In this document: in pieces, positions 18,859 to 23,793 of the stretch | Layout of the letters: every line of letters starts with the position of its first letter | Numbering within the stretch: position 1 is the first letter of the stretch | NCBI GenBank assembly: GCA_046758505.1 | Contig: JBHIAH010000038.1 | Span: 1 to 23,793, forward strand | Reading direction: 5' to 3' | From: Candidatus Methylomirabilales bacterium | Lineage (GTDB): Bacteria; Methylomirabilota; Methylomirabilia; Methylomirabilales; CSP1-5 | DNA length: 23,793 nucleotides | The notes under the pieces: generated by a model | What the model was told of the DNA's origin: nothing | Seen by the model: the letters and a program-made list of their open reading frames with translations, nothing else | Database searches by the model: none | Translations under genes and position numbers: made by a program

Positions 18859-18887
18859 ACTATAGGGAGGCACCCGGAAAATGTCAA
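18859..18887 (-). promoter_or_regulatory. sigma70-type promoter of archease-rtcB
   Basis: Minus strand TTGACA (18887-18882), 17-nt spacer, TATAGT (18864-18859). Confidence 0.7.
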
Positions 18888-19101
18888 AGCCCTTTTCGGG
18901 CGTACCGCCTCCGTTTCATCTGCGCGAGCTCGCTTTTCGGCCTGGCCCGCCGTCGTGGTGGTGAGACCCCCGGTGAGTCGTGTTCGGTCCCGCCGAACGC
19001 GCTGGGGGCTTCGGGATTGCGTGGGGACACAACGCGAGCTGATTCGGAAGGGGGCAGGCTGAGAGGGGCTGGGGCGCCCCGTGGGTTTACCCGTGTTGTC
19101 G

Positions 19102-19791
19102 TCAGGGTATCGGCTGTTGGCGCTCAGTGGCCCCCCGTTGAATCGCGGTGAGGACTTCTTCTGGTGTGTCGGCCAGGGTGAAGATGGCCATCTCTTCTGA
19201 AGCAATTCTTCCGCGGCTGACTGCGGTTCCGTGGAGCCAGTCGAGCAGGCCCTGCCAGTACTCGCGTCCCACCAGGACAACGGGGAAGGGGCGAATCTTG
19301 TTGGTCTGGATCAAGGTGACCGATTCGAAAAGCTCATCGAGTGTCCCAAACCCCCCCGGCAGGATGACGAAGGCCACGGAGTACCGGACAAACATGACCT
19401 TTCGGACGAAGAAGTAGCGGAAATTCAACAGGGTGGTAACATAGGGATTAATCGGCTGCTCCAAGGGCAATTGGATGTTCAACCCGATCGAGGGCCCGCC
19501 GGCCTCCTGGGCTCCCTTATTGGCCGCCTCCATGATCCCTGGTCCCGCGCCGGTCAGGATGGCGAATCCGTGCTGGACCAGGAGGCGGCCAATTCCATCC
19601 GCGGTACTGTAGTAGGGATCGTGCCGGGTTGCGCGGGATGACCCGAATATCGCGACCCCCGGGGGAATGCGGGAGAGGACCTCGAAGCCTTCGGCGAATT
19701 CGGTCATAATCCGGTAGACGCGGTCCGTGTCGTCCGCGTGCAGGTGATTGAGGACGAACTGATCCGGCGAGGAGACTCTCTTTTGTTCCAT
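19102..19791 (-). CDS. LOG family Rossmann-fold protein (nucleotide phosphoribohydrolase)
   Basis: Start moved to MEQK at 19791. IFGS, TGAGPGIMEAANKGA, FRYFFVRK and PGGFGTLDE motifs. Confidence 0.92.
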   Translation of the reverse strand: MEQKRVSSPDQFVLNHLHADDTDRVYRIMTEFAEGFEVLSRIPPGVAIFGSSRATRHDPYYSTADGIGRLLVQHGFAILTGAGPGIMEAANKGAQEAGGPSIGLNIQLPLEQPINPYVTTLLNFRYFFVRKVMFVRYSVAFVILPGGFGTLDELFESVTLIQTNKIRPFPVVLVGREYWQGLLDWLHGTAVSRGRIASEEMAIFTLADTPEEVLTAIQRGATERQQPIP

Positions 19792-19828
19792 AATAGTGGT
19801 ATCCCTCTGGCCTTCGGCGGAGAAAGCC

Positions 19829-19837
19829 ATTATATCA
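19829..19837 (-). promoter_or_regulatory. extended -10 promoter of the LOG gene
   Basis: Minus strand TG-A-TATAAT about 40 nt upstream of the start. Confidence 0.5.
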
Positions 19838-19936
19838 CAAACGGGCACATTGGGCGTGGCGTCAAACGGGGAGTCGAGAAGAGTGAACTGTGTGCCTTAT
19901 GGCCCCTCCGAGGCCAGGATGCACCTTACCGCCCAC

Positions 19937-19966
19937 TTGACAGCGGATGAGGGACGGCGCCACAAT
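19937..19966 (+). promoter_or_regulatory. possible sigma70-type promoter of the ABC operon
   Basis: TTGACA (19937-19942), 18-nt spacer, CACAAT (19961-19966). Confidence 0.4.
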
Positions 19967-20028
19967 AAGCCGTCTGCGCCCTTCCGATTCCTGCATGAAT
20001 CAGGCCAAGAATCATCCGGGAAAATTGC

Positions 20029-20967
20029 ATGACAGTCGTCGAGGTCCGGGATCTGGTCAAGATCTTCCGCGGGGGATTTTTCAGCCCACGGGAAAAGGTG
20101 GCTCTCCGCCAGGTTAGCCTCACCGTCGAGGCCGGGATGATTTACGGCATCCTGGGCCCCAATGGGGCAGGGAAGACGACGTTCCTCTCGATCCTGGCGA
20201 CGCTCCTGCTTCCCGACGATGGGACCGTCCGGGTGCTCGGCCGAGATCTGCGGCGGGAGGCGCCGGCGATCCGCCGCAGGGTCAATATGGCCAGCGGCAA
20301 CGCCAACTTCCCCTGGAGCCTCACCGTTCCCGAGATCCTGACCTTTCATGCCATGCTGTACGGCCTGTGGGGAAGACGGTGCCGGACCGCCGTGGCGACG
20401 GCAATGGAGGTTTGCGAGCTGACCGAATACGGGACGGTTCCCTACAATGAACTCTCGACCGGCCTCAAACAGCGTCTGGCGCTGGCCAAGTCACTCGTCA
20501 ATGACCCCGAACTCCTCTTTCTCGATGAGCCAACGGTCGGACTGGATCCAGATGTCTCCGCCCGGATCCGGCAGCAGATCGCCGGCCTGCGGTCCCAGCG
20601 GGGGACCACCATTCTCCTCTCCACGCACTATATGCCGGAGGCGGAGGCCTTGTGCGATGAGATTGCCTTCTTGCGGGATGGGGAGGTTTTCGCCAAGGGC
20701 ACTCCCGGCGATCTCAAGCGGCGGGTGAGTTTTGGCGAGGTGATCCGGGTCACGGGAACCGGAATGTTTCCTCTGGAGGCGGTCCGGAGGCTCCCCGGGG
20801 TCCAGGCGGTGCGCGAGAATGGGGGTGGACTGGAGATTCGCGTGGACGAGGGAAGGCGGCGCCTCGATCAGGTGATCCGGTGTCTGCATCACGCGGGCGT
20901 CACCTTAAGCGATGTCGGAATTCAGGGAGCCGACCTGGAGGACGTCTTTGTTGAACTGGCCCGGTGA
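20029..20967 (+). CDS. ABC-2 type exporter ATP-binding protein
   Basis: GPNGAGKTT, LSTGLKQR signature, LFLDEPTVGLD, STH, C-terminal LEDVF. Confidence 0.93.
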   Translation: MTVVEVRDLVKIFRGGFFSPREKVALRQVSLTVEAGMIYGILGPNGAGKTTFLSILATLLLPDDGTVRVLGRDLRREAPAIRRRVNMASGNANFPWSLTVPEILTFHAMLYGLWGRRCRTAVATAMEVCELTEYGTVPYNELSTGLKQRLALAKSLVNDPELLFLDEPTVGLDPDVSARIRQQIAGLRSQRGTTILLSTHYMPEAEALCDEIAFLRDGEVFAKGTPGDLKRRVSFGEVIRVTGTGMFPLEAVRRLPGVQAVRENGGGLEIRVDEGRRRLDQVIRCLHHAGVTLSDVGIQGADLEDVFVELAR

Positions 20968-21745
20968 ATGGGCAAAGGTCTGGGCCTTCGCCCGCCGGGG
21001 GTGGATTATGACCCGGCGCAATGTCTTTACGCTCGTCGAGATGACCTTCTGGCCCTGTATCGGCCTGGCCTCCATCGGTCTCCTGACCGAGTTTCTCTCC
21101 CTCACTCCAGAGACCCGGGCCTTTGTGTTGATCGGGGTGATTTCCTTGAGCGTAGTCCAGGTGTGCCAGCTCGATGTGGCCTACGCCCTCCTCTTTGACA
21201 TGTGGTCCAAGAGCGTCAAGTACCAGTTCATGGCGCCGATCCACGGTGGACATCTTGTGGCGGGGGCGTGGCTGATGGGGATCCTCCGCGGGAGTGTGGT
21301 CTTTGGACTGATGAGCCTCTTCGGCATGTATGCCTTCGACTTTAGCTTCGTCGGATCCGGCCTCCTCCCCCTGGCGATCTTCATCGTGGGCCTCTTCCTG
21401 AACGGCGCGCTCGTGGGGATCCTTACGTGTACGCTGATTCTGTCGTTTGGCGCGCGGGCAGAGATGGCCGCGTGGACGCTCGTGAGCGTTATGCTCCTCC
21501 TGTGCGGTATCTATTATCCCGTGAGCCAGCTTCCACCGCCACTGGCGCTCGCCGCGGGTCTCATTCCGCTCACCTATTTTCTGGAGTACTTCCGGGCCTT
21601 TTATGGCTTTCCCCTCACCTTTGCGGCGCCGCTGTGGAGAGGATTTGCCCTGGGCTTCCTCTATTTGGCAGGCGGTCTTGCGCTCCTCCACTGGGCCATT
21701 CAGCGTGCCCGGCGGAACGGTATCCTCCTCAAGCTCTCCGAATAG
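20951..21745 (+). CDS. ABC-2 type exporter permease
   Basis: Probable TTG start at 20951 (RBS GGAGGA 20937-20942) overlapping the ATPase; about six TM segments; GIYYPVSQLP...IPLTY motif. Confidence 0.88.
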   Translation: MNWPGEWAKVWAFARRGWIMTRRNVFTLVEMTFWPCIGLASIGLLTEFLSLTPETRAFVLIGVISLSVVQVCQLDVAYALLFDMWSKSVKYQFMAPIHGGHLVAGAWLMGILRGSVVFGLMSLFGMYAFDFSFVGSGLLPLAIFIVGLFLNGALVGILTCTLILSFGARAEMAAWTLVSVMLLLCGIYYPVSQLPPPLALAAGLIPLTYFLEYFRAFYGFPLTFAAPLWRGFALGFLYLAGGLALLHWAIQRARRNGILLKLSE

Positions 21746-21827
21746 CGAATACAGGCTTTTTCTTTGGCATCGCTGGGGGAAGTTGCTAAGATGGGTCGGC
21801 GATGTAGTCACGCTGCGGAGCGCCGTG

Positions 21828-22727
21828 ATGGATGCGCCACCCGAGGTAGTCACCGGGGTACTCCCCGCCGTCGTCAGCATCGAGGCGCGCATCGGGCCGG
21901 CCCACCCCTCTACCGTAATCTTGGGGACAGAGCGGAGGGGGAGTGGGGTGATTGTGGACACCGGAGGGTACCTCCTGACGGTCAACTACGCGGTGATGGG
22001 CGCAAACCATCTCAGTGTCGGCATCCCAGATGGTCGGCGCTTTCAGGCCTATGTGGCGGCACAGGACTTTACCAGCGGCCTGGCCGTCCTCAAGATTCCG
22101 CCCCAGGATCTCCCGGCGGTCCGTCTGGGATCCTCCATGGACCTCCTCCTTGGACAGCCCGTTTTTCTCGTGGCGGCCACGGGGACGGTTGAGCGGCGGG
22201 TGGCCGAGGGGTTCATTTCCTATCTCGGAGATTTTGATACCCACTGGGAATACATGTTACCCAAGGCGATCGGGCTGACGATCCAGAACCCAGGCCTCGG
22301 GGGGGCGCCGCTGTTTGACCTGGCCGGGCGGGTAGTGGGGATCGCATCGTTCAATCTTGCCGAGGTCGCTCGCGCGACCGTGGCGATTCCAGTGGAGCTG
22401 TATCAGCTCAACCGAACGGAGCTTCTCGAATTCGGCCGGGTCGTGAGCCGTCCGGTGCGGCCGTGGATCGGTGCCTATCTGCAGCCGGTGGAGCAGGGGG
22501 TGATGGTGGCGGGTGTGGTCCCGGGAGGGCCGGCGGAGGCGGCCGGGATCCAAGAGGGAGATGTCATCCTCGCCGTGGACTACTGCTCGGTGGAAACCCG
22601 GCGCGATGTGTACGAGGAGCTGTGGAAAAAGCGGGTGCACGACAAGGTGGTCTTCAAGATCCTTCGAAAGGAACAGGTCATTGCGGTGGAGGTGGTGAGC
22701 GGGAGTCGCGAGGAGTTTTATGCATGA
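21828..22727 (+). CDS. S1C/HtrA-like trypsin-fold + PDZ protein with degenerate catalytic triad
   Basis: GSGVIV, LLTVNY (His replaced), NPGLGGAPL (Ser replaced), PDZ segment VPGGPAEAAGIQEGDVILAVD. Start ATG 21828 with RBS GGAG. Confidence 0.85.
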   Translation: MDAPPEVVTGVLPAVVSIEARIGPAHPSTVILGTERRGSGVIVDTGGYLLTVNYAVMGANHLSVGIPDGRRFQAYVAAQDFTSGLAVLKIPPQDLPAVRLGSSMDLLLGQPVFLVAATGTVERRVAEGFISYLGDFDTHWEYMLPKAIGLTIQNPGLGGAPLFDLAGRVVGIASFNLAEVARATVAIPVELYQLNRTELLEFGRVVSRPVRPWIGAYLQPVEQGVMVAGVVPGGPAEAAGIQEGDVILAVDYCSVETRRDVYEELWKKRVHDKVVFKILRKEQVIAVEVVSGSREEFYA

Positions 22728-22785
22728 TCGGCGGCGTCGCCGGTGACGGAGGGCGAAGGGCCCGGCACTGTGATACGGGAGGGTG

Positions 22786-23508
22786 ATGGGGCGCGAGTTG
22801 GATTTTTTGTCCTTTGGGGCGCATCCCGATGATGCGGAGATCGGGACCGGCGCTTTCCTGCTGAAGATGAAGGCGAGGGGCTATCGGACCGGGATCGTCA
22901 GTCTCACGGAGGGGGATATGGGGGCCGGCACCCGGACCCTCCGGAGGCAGGAGGCAGCAGCAGCGGCCAAAGTGTTACAGGTGGATGCCTTCGAGATCCT
23001 GAACCTGGGGGATACCCGCCTCGAAGATACCTTTCGGAATCGGAAGCAGGTCGCCTCCCTGATCCGCAAGTATCGTCCCAAGATCGTCCTGGCACCCCAC
23101 TATGGTGTGGAGCCCGGGCGGGGACGGGGGCATGCCGATCACATTGCGGCTGGCCATCTCGTCACCCACGCTGCGAACTTCGCCCACCTGGCAAAGTTTC
23201 CCGCGGGGGGGCGGCCCCATGCGGTTGACAAGATCCTGTACTACTTTCTGATCCCCTTTGAACGCCCCTCCTTTATTGTGCCCGTGGACCAGGAGGTTCC
23301 GCAGGCCCTGCAGGCCATCGACGCACATCACTCCCAGTTCGGCCGGCCGGGCTACCGGAGTGTCCCTGGCCGCGTCGAGGCACTGGCCCGCTCCTTTGGC
23401 CTCCTCATCGGGTGCACGTACGGCCAGGCCTTTTACACGCAGGATGTCTTCCGGATCGACGATCCGTTCCTCTTCTTCCAGCAGAGGCCGGAGCGGGGAG
23501 AAGAATGA
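22786..23508 (+). CDS. PIG-L/LmbE family deacetylase, BshB1-like
   Basis: AHPDDAE and HADH metal-binding motifs, LTEGDMG, HxSQF. Confidence 0.85.
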   Translation: MGRELDFLSFGAHPDDAEIGTGAFLLKMKARGYRTGIVSLTEGDMGAGTRTLRRQEAAAAAKVLQVDAFEILNLGDTRLEDTFRNRKQVASLIRKYRPKIVLAPHYGVEPGRGRGHADHIAAGHLVTHAANFAHLAKFPAGGRPHAVDKILYYFLIPFERPSFIVPVDQEVPQALQAIDAHHSQFGRPGYRSVPGRVEALARSFGLLIGCTYGQAFYTQDVFRIDDPFLFFQQRPERGEE

Positions 23509-23717
23509 CCGCGGCGATGACCGACGACCGATAAGGACAGAAATCAGCGTTCAGACCTGAGTAGTGTGAGACAAATTGAGCCGCCCCGGGAAGGCATCCT
23601 TCGTCGGCGGAAAATCCATGGGTTGCTGATTCTGTTGGAACAGTACCTTCGGCCCCTCGCTCGGGGCCTCTCGCGGCGACCCTGTTCGGCGGCTTACGTC
23701 CCGGGTCCCTCCGTGTT

Positions 23718-23752
23718 CGCGATCCGTGCAAAGAACAAGAGCACGGATCGCG
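23718..23752. repeat. perfect 12-bp inverted repeat
   Basis: CGCGATCCGTGC, 11-nt A-rich loop, GCACGGATCGCG. Confidence 0.7.
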
Positions 23753-23793
23753 CCTCGGTTTCCCAGGCCGTCGCCTGCCGAGGGGCCCCGGCG

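Noticed and set aside
18890..19104. Possible ribozyme, tRNA or Y RNA between LOG and archease (CUGACGA on the minus strand)
   Set aside because: No stem II followed by GAAA for a hammerhead core and no cloverleaf or T-loop found by eye; an Infernal/Rfam scan would be needed.
19860..19865. TTGACG as the -35 box of the LOG promoter
   Set aside because: It is 25 nt from TATAAT, too far; only the extended -10 was kept.

Overview
GC-rich bacterial chromosomal window. The gene style suggests NC10/Methylomirabilota or a similar lineage, but this is inference only. The left two-thirds (+ strand) is a sulfur/Fe-S biogenesis region: a DUF169 protein and a siroheme sulfite/nitrite reductase, an atypical receiver protein with a small Cys-rich protein, then 7Fe ferredoxin-mrp/apbC-erpA/iscA, a separately promoted sufB-sufC-sufD-sufS-sufU-sufT-ferredoxin operon, a second shorter U-type scaffold, and yihY. 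A minus-strand block follows: LOG, archease, archaeal-type rtcB, a hypothetical protein, a Zn-dependent oxidoreductase, and a gene the ORF track splits. That gene (14849-15073) encodes a 74-aa glutaredoxin-like selenoprotein with two in-frame UGA codons (UxxT active site, C-terminal U-E-I-stop), each followed by a SECIS-like hairpin. The right end (+) holds an ABC-2 exporter, an HtrA/PDZ protein lacking its catalytic His and Ser, and a PIG-L/BshB1-like deacetylase. Non-coding features include a CTAG-bounded MITE-like element built of 7-nt periodic inverted repeats (369-616), a related heptad-repeat tract (16292-16550), and several sigma70-type promoters. I found no rRNA, tRNA, CRISPR array or transposase.
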